From an uncultured Acidimicrobiales bacterium (lineage in GTDB: Bacteria > Actinomycetota > Acidimicrobiia > Acidimicrobiales > CAZWDB01), in assembly GCA_964632885.1 (NCBI GenBank), contig CAZWDB010000003.1, positions 7,445 through 71,444 on the forward strand: a DNA stretch of 64,000 nucleotides. Reading direction: 5' to 3'. Below are positions 28,904 through 36,713 of this stretch, one piece after another. Within the stretch, counting starts at the first letter, position 1. Each line of letters opens with the position of its first letter. The notes beneath the pieces are model-generated. The model did not search any database. It was given only the letters and a program-made list of their open reading frames with translations, and was not told where the DNA came from. The translations under genes were made by a program, and so were the position numbers.

Positions 28904-29496
28904 GATGCGCCGCCACATGCCGAGCAGAGGTCGGCGGCGACCCACGAGCACGGCGGCTGGCACGCGTTGTCGTCGGTGCATCCGCACACGCGGCAAGCTC
29001 GCACCGAGTGAAACGGTACGAACTCGGCATCGCTCTTGACGTAGAGCGGATGCCTAGGAGCGCCGATCTTCGTGGTGCCGAGGCAGAACCAGCCGCCCGT
29101 GAACCACTCTTGGAGCGGCGACTTGGCGAGGCGGGCGAAGATGTTCGCTCCCCACGCTGCGACGACCATCCCGATGCCGTGGTCGCTGAGCACGGCATCC
29201 CAATGGCGATGGTTGTCCGGCCCGACTACATCGATCCCCGCTGCGGCCGAGTCGTACAGGTCAGACGGGTTCGGCGAGCGATAGGCGAACAGGTTGACGA
29301 CCTCGATGCCGTTGTATCCCTCGCGGCGAGCGAAGCTCATGCAGCGTCGGATGGTCGGGTCATCGACAGAGGCGTCGGCCGTGCTCGGGTTGAGCATCAC
29401 CCACGCCATGCGCTCGCCGATGCCCCAAGTGCGGCTGAGGCGGTATCGGTAGCGTTCGCAGTCGGACAGCTCGGCGCCTGCTGTCGGCTCGGTCAT
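28900..29496 (-). CDS. DUF1643 domain protein with C-terminal Zn ribbon
   Basis: YRYRLSRTW...MLNPSTAD..DDPTIRRC...VNLFAYR...PRHPLY. Confidence 0.9.
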   Translation of the reverse strand: MTEPTAGAELSDCERYRYRLSRTWGIGERMAWVMLNPSTADASVDDPTIRRCMSFARREGYNGIEVVNLFAYRSPNPSDLYDSAAAGIDVVGPDNHRHWDAVLSDHGIGMVVAAWGANIFARLAKSPLQEWFTGGWFCLGTTKIGAPRHPLYVKSDAEFVPFHSVRACRVCGCTDDNACQPPCSWVAADLCSACGGAS

Positions 29497-30563
29497 GACG
29501 CCTTCTCCTTCGCCCGCTCGACGCGAGCCTTCGCGGCCTTCGCTTCGGCCCGGCCCTTCGCCTTGTCGGTGACCTCGGCGATGTAGGGCTTGCCGTCGTC
29601 GGTGGTGTCGAACGACAACGACTTGTCTTCGAGGCCGGCGACGATCGCGTCGACGTGTATGTCGGTCGCGTAGTGGTAGTCGACGATCGACTGCGCTTCG
29701 AGGTCGTGCCAGCCCTTGCCTTTGACGTAGGCGAGCCAGCCGGCTTCGTCGGCGTCGTCGTCCGGCGGTCCCGCCGGCGGCGACGCGCCCTCAGTCGCGT
29801 CGCCGCCGGCCGGCTTCGAGCGCTCGGCTTCGAGCGCGGTTATGCGGGACGAAACAGCTTCGAGCTGGTCGCGCGTCCACGTCTTCGACGGGTCGATCTC
29901 GTGGTCGCGCATCCACTTGGCGTGAGCCACCTTCTCGTCGTCGGTCGGGTCGAGCGCCTTGAACCGTTCGCGGTTGGCCTTGCGGGCAGCGTCGTACTCG
30001 GCCCGCGACTCCCAGCCGTTCTCGAGAAGCCAGGCGTCGCGGTCGGGCGCCGTGGCGGCGGGCTCGTCGGGTTCGTCGGCGTGGCCGAGGTCGCCGCCCT
30101 TGTGCCACAGGTCGAGGGCGACACCGAACCGCATGGCGGCGTTACGGAGGGCGTCGCCGATCAGTTGTTTGTCGACGTCGTCCTTGCCGGCTTCGCAGGT
30201 GCCGACGCCGTAGCGGGTGACGCCGCCGACGGTTAGCGCGATCCACAGCGACGCGGTGCCGTCCCTCACGCACCGGGCGGCGGTGAGTCCCATGCGGTCG
30301 AGGAAGTCGCGGTCAGCGGGCTCCCATGTCCACTCGGGGTCGGCGTCGAGCAGCCGGTCGGTGACGGCGGCGTGGCCGGCGTAGTCGAGGTGAATCGACG
30401 GGAACTCGTGATAGCCGCCGCACTCGCGGCAGCTACCCTTTTCGCGCTCGTTCTTCGGCGTGGTCTTCCGGCCGGTGTAGCGGGGCAGTTTGCCGATCGC
30501 CTCGGCCGGCAGCGGCTCACGCAGCTTCGCGAGAGCGTCGAAGTCAGGGATGGTGTTCGTCAT
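29493..30563 (-). CDS. Rad52/Rad22-family (Sak-like) ssDNA annealing protein
   Basis: LDYAGHAAVTDRLLDADPEWTW...KQLIGDALRNAAMRFGVALDLW. Confidence 0.8.
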   Translation of the reverse strand: MTNTIPDFDALAKLREPLPAEAIGKLPRYTGRKTTPKNEREKGSCRECGGYHEFPSIHLDYAGHAAVTDRLLDADPEWTWEPADRDFLDRMGLTAARCVRDGTASLWIALTVGGVTRYGVGTCEAGKDDVDKQLIGDALRNAAMRFGVALDLWHKGGDLGHADEPDEPAATAPDRDAWLLENGWESRAEYDAARKANRERFKALDPTDDEKVAHAKWMRDHEIDPSKTWTRDQLEAVSSRITALEAERSKPAGGDATEGASPPAGPPDDDADEAGWLAYVKGKGWHDLEAQSIVDYHYATDIHVDAIVAGLEDKSLSFDTTDDGKPYIAEVTDKAKGRAEAKAAKARVERAKEKAS

Positions 30564-30913
30564 CACGACCCCCTCGCATGGACGAGCAGCGTGTGCGCGT
30601 GGTTGGCGACCAGCACTTCCCAGGCGGTGACGCGGCCGGGGCGGCACGCGAGCCAGCGGAAGCAGCGGCGGGCGGTGTCGCGGAGAATGGCGACGTTGAC
30701 GGGGTTGACTTCGCCGATCTCGTCGTCGTCGACCCATTCGAGCTTGGGGGCGCCGGCGGCGAAGCCGAGGCAGTAGTAGGTGCGGTGCTCGCGGCCGCCG
30801 TCGTCGACGGCGTCGCGGTAGTCGACGACGGTGCCGCCGCGCGACGGCTCGTCGCCGACGCGTTCGGCCCACACACCGGAGCCGACGCGGATCTGATCTG
30901 TCCGCGCCGTCAT
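30563..30913 (-). CDS. Hypothetical early protein
   Basis: 116 aa coupled ORF. Confidence 0.6.
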   Translation of the reverse strand: MTARTDQIRVGSGVWAERVGDEPSRGGTVVDYRDAVDDGGREHRTYYCLGFAAGAPKLEWVDDDEIGEVNPVNVAILRDTARRCFRWLACRPGRVTAWEVLVANHAHTLLVHARGS

Positions 30914-31233
30914 CGGATCTCACCTCGGGGGGCGACGCCGAGCAGCTCGTCGTCCCACGCCGCGAAGTCGTGGCGGCAGATGCATTCGACCTTGCCGTCC
31001 TCGTCGACGCAGATCGCGCGGTGCTCGGCGCGGGCGTCGTCGCGGGCTTCGGCCCGGTCGCGGGCGCAGCCGTCGCACATGAACACGGCGCCTTCCCTGG
31101 TCGTTACCGGCCGTTCGGGGTTCTGGCAGATGTCGCAGACGGCGTCGGCGAACTCGTCAGCGAGGCGGTGCAGGTTGTCGCGGGACCGGGCGACCGTCGC
31201 GCGGTAATCCCGTCCGTAGCGTCGGGGGCTCAT
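30910..31233 (-). CDS. Hypothetical early protein (Cys motifs)
   Basis: RBS AGGAG; CDIC...CDGC. Confidence 0.65.
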   Translation of the reverse strand: MSPRRYGRDYRATVARSRDNLHRLADEFADAVCDICQNPERPVTTREGAVFMCDGCARDRAEARDDARAEHRAICVDEDGKVECICRHDFAAWDDELLGVAPRGEIR

Positions 31234-31251
31234 GGGTTATGCTCCTGTTCT

Positions 31252-31485
31252 CGAAACCCGTGCGGGGTTTCGGTTCCGCCACCCCCCGGTTAGCCGGGGG
31301 GTGGTTCGCGTGCGGGGTACGGCGGCAGCCACGCGGGCCGTGTTTCATGACCCGATCACCAGGCGTCCGGGGATCTCCCCCGGCACCATGCGGCCGCGTG
31401 GCTTCACCGTTCGGAGCCGGTCGGCTCCGCGTCGAGCACCGGGAACCGCGGGGGATGGGGGGCCCTTCGGTCCGATGCTCGACGC
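31252..31485 (-). ncRNA. Candidate structured RNA (five consecutive stem-loops) between cro and the first early gene
   Basis: Stems at 31252-72, 31279-304, 31327-403, 31412-29, 31429-85; a G-U pair favours the minus strand. Confidence 0.55.
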
Positions 31486-31500
31486 GCAACCGATCAGCGG

Positions 31501-31713
31501 TCACGTCTTCACCCGCCAAGACGCCGCCCACACCCGCAGGGTGCGGGGGCCGACGTCGATGCCGTAGCGTGCGTGGAGACGCGACGCGATTCGTTCCCAC
31601 GACAGCCCGTCGCGGCGCATCGAACCGAGAAGGTCGGGCAGCTTGCCGTCGGTCAGCGCGAGCGCCATGCGTTGCGCCGGTGATTCACGGGCTGGCGTCG
31701 TAGGCTTCGTCAC
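31501..31713 (-). CDS. Cro-like HTH regulator
   Basis: LSWERIASRL...VGPRTLRVW; divergent from repressor. Confidence 0.75.
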   Translation of the reverse strand: MTKPTTPARESPAQRMALALTDGKLPDLLGSMRRDGLSWERIASRLHARYGIDVGPRTLRVWAASWRVKT

Positions 31714-31827
31714 GCCAACGATCCTGACACGTTCACCGTTGCAGTGTCAACGGTTTACGGAAACTTTGACGGACTAAATGTGGTGGCCCGTTGCTAGGCG
31801 ACTCGCGCATGTCGTACAGTCACGACC
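31714..31827. promoter_or_regulatory. Divergent lysis/lysogeny promoters and candidate operators
   Basis: Minus: TTGACA-N18-CAGGAT-N7-GTG; plus: TTGCTA-N18-TACAGT-N7-ATG; inverted repeats TGACAC..GTGTCA and CCGTTG..CAACGG over the cro promoter. Confidence 0.7.
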
Positions 31828-32130
31828 ATGGCACGAAAGAAGACGACACCCGTAGGCGGGGTGACGGATGCCGGCGCCGCGGCTCGTAATCGAGCCCTCG
31901 CCGTCATCAAGGCACTCATGGGCTATCGAGACGTCAGCGGCCGCCAGCTCGCGGCCGAGCTGGGGATGACCCAGCCTCAGCTCTCGGAGCGGCTCTCAGG
32001 CAAGCGGCGGATGAGCGTCGAAGAGATGGCGACGATCGCCGACTACTTCGGCGTCCCGATCGGCGCCCTCTTCCACGAGGTGCCGCTGGATTTCAGGAGG
32101 GGCGCTAGCGGGGGATCGAAGTATGCTTGA
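31828..32130 (+). CDS. Phage repressor (XRE HTH, no peptidase domain)
   Basis: SGRQLAAELGMTQPQLSERLSGKRRMSVEEMATIADYFGVP. Confidence 0.9.
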   Translation: MARKKTTPVGGVTDAGAAARNRALAVIKALMGYRDVSGRQLAAELGMTQPQLSERLSGKRRMSVEEMATIADYFGVPIGALFHEVPLDFRRGASGGSKYA

Positions 32131-32707
32131 ACTCGTTGAGCTCGGGCCATCCGCTCACGAGGTCGACCGCCCGCTCGATGGTCTTGGTGGCGAGGGCTCC
32201 GTCACCCTTGGGACGGTTCATGAACCGGATGAACACGGCCTGGTCGTTCTGGATGAAGGTTGGGACCCCCCACACCGCGCTGTCACCCGCGGCCTCCTCA
32301 TGTTCTTTGCGGAACTGCTGGAGGGGCCACCCGTCGTCGATCTCCGCGAACACGGCTTCGGCATCGGCGCCCGCGGACGCCAGGGCCTTCTTAACGACGT
32401 CAGGGTCCCGGATGTCACCGCCCTCGTCGAAGCGGGCACGGAAGAGAGCGATGTGGGCGTCGAGGAACTTGGCCGGAAAGCGGTCCCGCACGACGATGCC
32501 GGCCTGCATGGCGAGGAGGCCGGGCGCCTTGGACTCGTCGTCCCATACGTCGGGTTCGCCCTCCTTCACGTGTACCTGGCTCAGCGAGAACGGCGCGAAG
32601 CGGACGTCCCAGTCTGCGCCCGCACGCAGGCCTTCGACCACGTGTTCATGGGCGTTGCGGGCGAACGGGCAGCGGTAGTCCCAGGTCACAGCGAAGGTGG
32701 TGGTCAT
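32105..32707 (-). CDS. DsbA-family thioredoxin-fold protein (host; candidate attB gene)
   Basis: WDYRCPFA, WGVPTF. Confidence 0.85.
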   Translation of the reverse strand: MTTTFAVTWDYRCPFARNAHEHVVEGLRAGADWDVRFAPFSLSQVHVKEGEPDVWDDESKAPGLLAMQAGIVVRDRFPAKFLDAHIALFRARFDEGGDIRDPDVVKKALASAGADAEAVFAEIDDGWPLQQFRKEHEEAAGDSAVWGVPTFIQNDQAVFIRFMNRPKGDGALATKTIERAVDLVSGWPELNEFKHTSIPR

Positions 32708-32756
32708 AGTCCATACAACTTCGCCGGTACATCGAAGTATTCCTGTAACCAGTCAT

Positions 32757-32812
32757 ATCGGCCCAGATCGGCCCAGATCGGCCTAGATCCACCCAGATCC
32801 GCCTCGAATCCG
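32757..32812. repeat. Degenerate 10-bp tandem repeat (ATCGGCCCAG) x~5
   Basis: atcggcccag atcggcccag atcggcctag atccacccag atccgcctcg. Confidence 0.7.
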
Positions 32813-32815
32813 TCC

Positions 32816-33370
32816 TCAGTCAGGCTTCGGCAGCGGAAACCAGCGGCGGCCCACCGTCCCGAGGGCTGCCCCGATGACGAGCCCGGCAGCCACATCCGAC
32901 GCGTGGTGGATCTTCACGTAGACGCGGCTCGTAGCCACTACGCCCGCCACTGCCACATACAGCGGCCAGAGCCGGTCGTCGTCGGACAGGAGGATCGCCG
33001 CGCACGCCGCCGATGTGGCGTGGCCACTCGGGAAGCTCGAGGTGAGCGGCTGGCGCAAACGGTAGGGTCGCACGCCGTCGAAGACCGGCCGGCTCCGGCC
33101 GAACAGCGATTTGATGCCGAGGTTGACCACCGCCGACTCGATGCCAACTCCGAGCCCCACTCGCACCGCGGCGTGCCAGTCGTGTTCGGACCTCAGACCT
33201 CGCAGCGCGCCCAGCATGAGCCAGATGACGCTGTTGTCGCCGAGTTCCGACGCGGCATAGAAGACGCGATCCGCCACGGGGTGACCGCGTACCCGGTCGA
33301 GGTGGCCGTCGACGGCGTCATCGAATCGGGCGACCTCCTGGCGGAGGCGACGGGGGATCGTCAGGCGCAC
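32816..33370 (-). CDS. PAP2-family phosphatase
   Basis: KSLFGRSRP, SFPSGH, SRVYVKIHHASDV. Confidence 0.9.
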   Translation of the reverse strand: MRLTIPRRLRQEVARFDDAVDGHLDRVRGHPVADRVFYAASELGDNSVIWLMLGALRGLRSEHDWHAAVRVGLGVGIESAVVNLGIKSLFGRSRPVFDGVRPYRLRQPLTSSFPSGHATSAACAAILLSDDDRLWPLYVAVAGVVATSRVYVKIHHASDVAAGLVIGAALGTVGRRWFPLPKPD

Positions 33371-34128
33371 GCGTCGGCGTGCTCCCGGTAGTGGGCGGCA
33401 AGCGACCGGATCGGCTGTTCGGCCGCCGCGCCGTTGCGCCGAGCCGCCTCGACGACCGCGGTGGCGGAGGTGTCGTGCACCCGGTACATCTCGCTCGTGG
33501 TGGCGGATCGCCACCACTCGGGCGCCCCATTCCCTTCGGCCTCGTCGGTGCCCCCTGATGCGAGGGAACCGAGGAGCTCGGTACAGCGATCGTTCCGGTC
33601 CGCGAGGTGGGCCAGCTCAGCGCGCAGATCGAAACCTTGGCGCGCCGGCCGCGGGGCCGCTTCGTAGGCGGCGAGGGCCTGCCGGAAGTCGTGGACCCAG
33701 GGAGGGTCGTCGACTCGCCCGATCGCGACGGCATCGCCCACGACGATCTGTCCGCCCGTAACGGCACGCGCGCACCAGCCCGCTCGGCCGACTAGCTGGC
33801 GACGGAGCCCGGGCCGAACGTCGTCCATCACCCCGCACGGCACTCTGGGCTTGACCACCTCGAGGCGGACCGAGCCGATCTCGAGGACGTCGCCAGCCGA
33901 GATGGTCAAGCCCCGGACGCAGAGTTGCTCCCGGATCTGTCCGGGCTGGAGGTCGAGGTCGTCGAGCACCTCGGCTTCTACGAGTACCACCTGGCGGCTC
34001 GACCCCGGTCGACCATGGTGGTCGCCTTCGAAACCGCGGTCCGCGACCACAGTCGCCTCCGTCATCGCCTCAAGCTCACCGCGCTTGGCGGGGGTCCGAT
34101 GAAGCCCCTCGACCCGACCGCTCACCAT
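33361..34128 (-). CDS. MOSC domain protein
   Basis: GFEGDHH...RQV...PRVPC...GGQIVVGD. Confidence 0.8.
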   Translation of the reverse strand: MVSGRVEGLHRTPAKRGELEAMTEATVVADRGFEGDHHGRPGSSRQVVLVEAEVLDDLDLQPGQIREQLCVRGLTISAGDVLEIGSVRLEVVKPRVPCGVMDDVRPGLRRQLVGRAGWCARAVTGGQIVVGDAVAIGRVDDPPWVHDFRQALAAYEAAPRPARQGFDLRAELAHLADRNDRCTELLGSLASGGTDEAEGNGAPEWWRSATTSEMYRVHDTSATAVVEAARRNGAAAEQPIRSLAAHYREHADACA

Positions 34129-34203
34129 TTCCCAAGGCTAGATCGGTCCCAAGGGCTCGACGGGCACCAAGGGCTGGAGGCGTCGTCTGCGGCGCGTGCT
34201 CTG

Positions 34204-35007
34204 TCAGACGGCGAGGGCGAGGCTCGGGGCGTCGGCCGGGTTGCCGCCCCAGGCAGGGCAGTAGGACCGGAAGGCGCAGTAGTCGCAGAGCCGAGAAGGG
34301 CGGGGCCGGAAGTCGTCGCGCTCGCACGCCCGCTCGACTGCGGTCCACACGGCCCGGGTGCGCTGCTCGAGGCCTCGGATCGACTGATCCGACGGGACCG
34401 TGCTGATCGCAACCGGATCACGCAGGTGCAGCAGCTGAACCCGGGCAGGCCGCCGGCCGAAGACCCGCTGACACAGGAATGCGTAGAACTGGACGCCCGC
34501 CATGCGCGCCATCTCGTAGTTGGCGCCGGGGGAGCGGCCCGTCTTGTAGTCGGTGACGACAAATTCGCCGTCGGCGTCGAGCTCGAGGCGGTCGATGATG
34601 CCGCGGAGGGTGAGCGTGCCGAGCTGCACCTCCAGCATGATCTCGGTGCCGATGACCTCGACGCCACCGGGATCCTCGAGGTCGAAGTAGTTGCGGACCA
34701 GGGTCTCGGCGTCGGACAAGAACTGCTCCTCGGTCTCCTCGCCGAGGTCGAGGTTGTCGTACTCAGCGTCGGCGCTGAGCTCACGCCAACCCTGGGCGAG
34801 CCCCGCGATGGCCACGTCGACGGTGCGCCCGTCTGGCGGCTCGGCGAAGAGGAGCTCGAGGGCCCGGTGTACGAGCGTGCCCTTGGCGGTCCAGACTGAC
34901 GGGGGCTCAGGCAGCTTGTCGATGGCCGAGAAGCGGAACGCGAGCGCACAGTCCTTGAACGAGGAGACCTTCGACGGGCTGAGGCTGCTGGGCAGCGGCA
35001 GGCTCAT
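34204..35007 (-). CDS. RecB-family PD-(D/E)XK exonuclease
   Basis: LSPS...GTLVH...GIIDRLE...DYKTG...LCDYC. Confidence 0.9.
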   Translation of the reverse strand: MSLPLPSSLSPSKVSSFKDCALAFRFSAIDKLPEPPSVWTAKGTLVHRALELLFAEPPDGRTVDVAIAGLAQGWRELSADAEYDNLDLGEETEEQFLSDAETLVRNYFDLEDPGGVEVIGTEIMLEVQLGTLTLRGIIDRLELDADGEFVVTDYKTGRSPGANYEMARMAGVQFYAFLCQRVFGRRPARVQLLHLRDPVAISTVPSDQSIRGLEQRTRAVWTAVERACERDDFRPRPSRLCDYCAFRSYCPAWGGNPADAPSLALAV

Positions 35008-35013
35008 ACCTCG

Positions 35014-35035
35014 ACAGTACCGCCCTGCTGTGACA
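35014..35035 (-). promoter_or_regulatory. PafBC/RecA-NDp-type DNA-damage promoter
   Basis: TGTCAC-N10-TACTGT, 6 nt before ATG. Confidence 0.7.
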
Positions 35036-35062
35036 CGCGCACTACATTGATGTAATTCCCGC

Positions 35063-35113
35063 CGAACTTGAGGCAATAACGATCGGAAGCCGATCGTTAT
35101 TGCCTCAAGTTCG
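35063..35113. repeat. 51-bp palindromic REP/MITE-like element, copy 1
   Basis: CGAACTTGAGGCAATAACGATCGG-AAG-CCGATCGTTATTGCCTCAAGTTCG; arms extend to 35058-35118. Confidence 0.9.
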
Positions 35114-35118
35114 GCGGG

Positions 35119-35826
35119 TCAGAGGTTGGTGGCGAGGGCGACGACGCCGCCTGCGGTAGCGATGCCGAGGATCGCAACGCGGACGAGGCGGTCGGGGAGC
35201 CTGGGGGCGGCGGCCGTCCCGGCGATCCAGCCGGCGGCGAGGCCGGCCACGAGCCCGGCCGCGAGCGGGGGCGAAGGTGACGGAAGGCCCAGACTGAGCA
35301 GCCCGACCAATCCGAGAAAGAAGAAATAGAACTGCAGGGTCGAGCGCGATCGGCTGGGATCCCACCCCGCGTTGACGGCGTACAGGGCGACGGCGGGGCC
35401 TCCGATCGCCGCGGTCACGTTCATCCCGGCGCTGATGAAGCCGGCGACGATCGCACCTCCAGCACCACGAGCGCGTGCGACGCGGAGTCCGAAGAAGAGG
35501 GCGGCTGCGCTCGCGATGGTCATCGCTCCCGCCGCGACGGCGAGCAGGCGAGTGTCGACACGCGCCAGCAGCCACGCGAGCAGCGGGGTGGCCGCGAGGG
35601 CCGGGATCAGCAGCAGGCTGCCCTCCCGCACCATCACGTGCCGGTGTTCTCTTATCAGGATGGCGAGGTTGATCCCGAGCCCGAGCAGGATGGCGGTCCG
35701 CACCCCTTCGCGAGCGTCGGTGAGCGCGATGAGGAAAGGCGCGCAGACGAGCGCGAATCCGATGCCTGTCACTGCTTGGGCACCGGCTCCTGCCGCGACG
35801 GCCAGGGCGGCGAGCGCGACCTTCAA
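35119..35826 (-). CDS. TSUP (TauE/SafE) family membrane protein
   Basis: AQAVTGIGFALV...AIGGP; multi-TM; TTG start inferred. Confidence 0.85.
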   Translation of the reverse strand: MKVALAALAVAAGAGAQAVTGIGFALVCAPFLIALTDAREGVRTAILLGLGINLAILIREHRHVMVREGSLLLIPALAATPLLAWLLARVDTRLLAVAAGAMTIASAAALFFGLRVARARGAGGAIVAGFISAGMNVTAAIGGPAVALYAVNAGWDPSRSRSTLQFYFFFLGLVGLLSLGLPSPSPPLAAGLVAGLAAGWIAGTAAAPRLPDRLVRVAILGIATAGGVVALATNL

Positions 35827-36668
35827 CGCGCGTGGACCGCGAGGAACGCGGCGACATGGGCGCCGACGCCCTCCGGGTCTTCGAGGGGGCCGAAGTGGCC
35901 GAGTCCTTCGAAGACGTGAGTTCGCGCGTCGGGGAGCCGGGAGGCGTGCGCCTCGATCACCGACGGTCCGAACGCATCCGTGTCGGCGCCACACGCGACC
36001 GTTACCGGACACTTCACTTCGCTCAACCGGGCGAAGGCGCCGTGCGTTCCGCTCATTTCGTAGGTGCGCGCCTCGTTCTCACCTCGGCACTTGAGGCGGA
36101 CGGTGCCGTTGGGCAGATCCTCGAAGCCATGGTCGACGTAGGCCCGGAGCGCGGCCGGAGCCAGGGTGTTGAACGGCGGCTTGCCGGCGTAGTTGTCGTA
36201 GGCATCGTCACGGCCCGCGAAGGTCTCCCGCCGCCGCCGCGCGCCCGCGGCCAGCGGGTTCGCGCGGCTGCTCGGCATCGGCGCCGGATCGTCGCTGGGA
36301 ATCACGACGGGCTCGTAGCCGTAGATCGCCCGGAAGGTGCCGGGCCGCTCTTGCTCGGCGAGGAAGATCGCGGCCGCGCCCGCGGAGTGTCCCACCGCCA
36401 CCGGACGATCAGCGTCGAGGGCATCGACGACGGCCAGCAGATCCCGTGCGAAGCCGTGCCACTCGAAGTTGCCGTCGGGGGGCACGTCGGTGTCGCCGTG
36501 GCCGCGTTCGTCGAACGACCAGCAGTGAAACGAGGCTCCGAGCACCTTGGCCATCGGCTTCCACACCATGCCGTGGAACCCGGTGGCATGGGCGAGGATG
36601 AGGGGCGGCCCGTCGCCGCCCAGGTCGTGCACCGCGACGCTGATCCCGTCGCTCGTGGTCGCCCGCAT
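35823..36668 (-). CDS. Alpha/beta hydrolase
   Basis: HATGF, RGHG, GHSAG, GHFGP. Confidence 0.9.
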   Translation of the reverse strand: MRATTSDGISVAVHDLGGDGPPLILAHATGFHGMVWKPMAKVLGASFHCWSFDERGHGDTDVPPDGNFEWHGFARDLLAVVDALDADRPVAVGHSAGAAAIFLAEQERPGTFRAIYGYEPVVIPSDDPAPMPSSRANPLAAGARRRRETFAGRDDAYDNYAGKPPFNTLAPAALRAYVDHGFEDLPNGTVRLKCRGENEARTYEMSGTHGAFARLSEVKCPVTVACGADTDAFGPSVIEAHASRLPDARTHVFEGLGHFGPLEDPEGVGAHVAAFLAVHAR

Positions 36669-36713
36669 GGCGCTCGACCCTACCCCGGTGGGCGCTTGCT
36701 ACCGTCGGAGCAC

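Larger units (their letters stand above)
1..32130 (-). mobile_element. Prophage (siphovirus-like, temperate), right part; left end beyond window
   Basis: Contiguous tail, head, terminase, replication and repressor/Cro genes with overlapping start/stop codons; abrupt switch to housekeeping genes at ~32,105. Confidence 0.95.

Noticed and set aside
31252-31485. tRNA in the structured region
   Set aside because: No convincing T-loop or cloverleaf with acceptor stem found by eye
9-31700. Long plus-strand ORFs (e.g. 9-1055, 3480-5633, 10511-12061)
   Set aside because: Antisense shadows of real high-GC genes
31714-31827. LexA box in the phage switch
   Set aside because: No CGAAC-N4-GTTCG match
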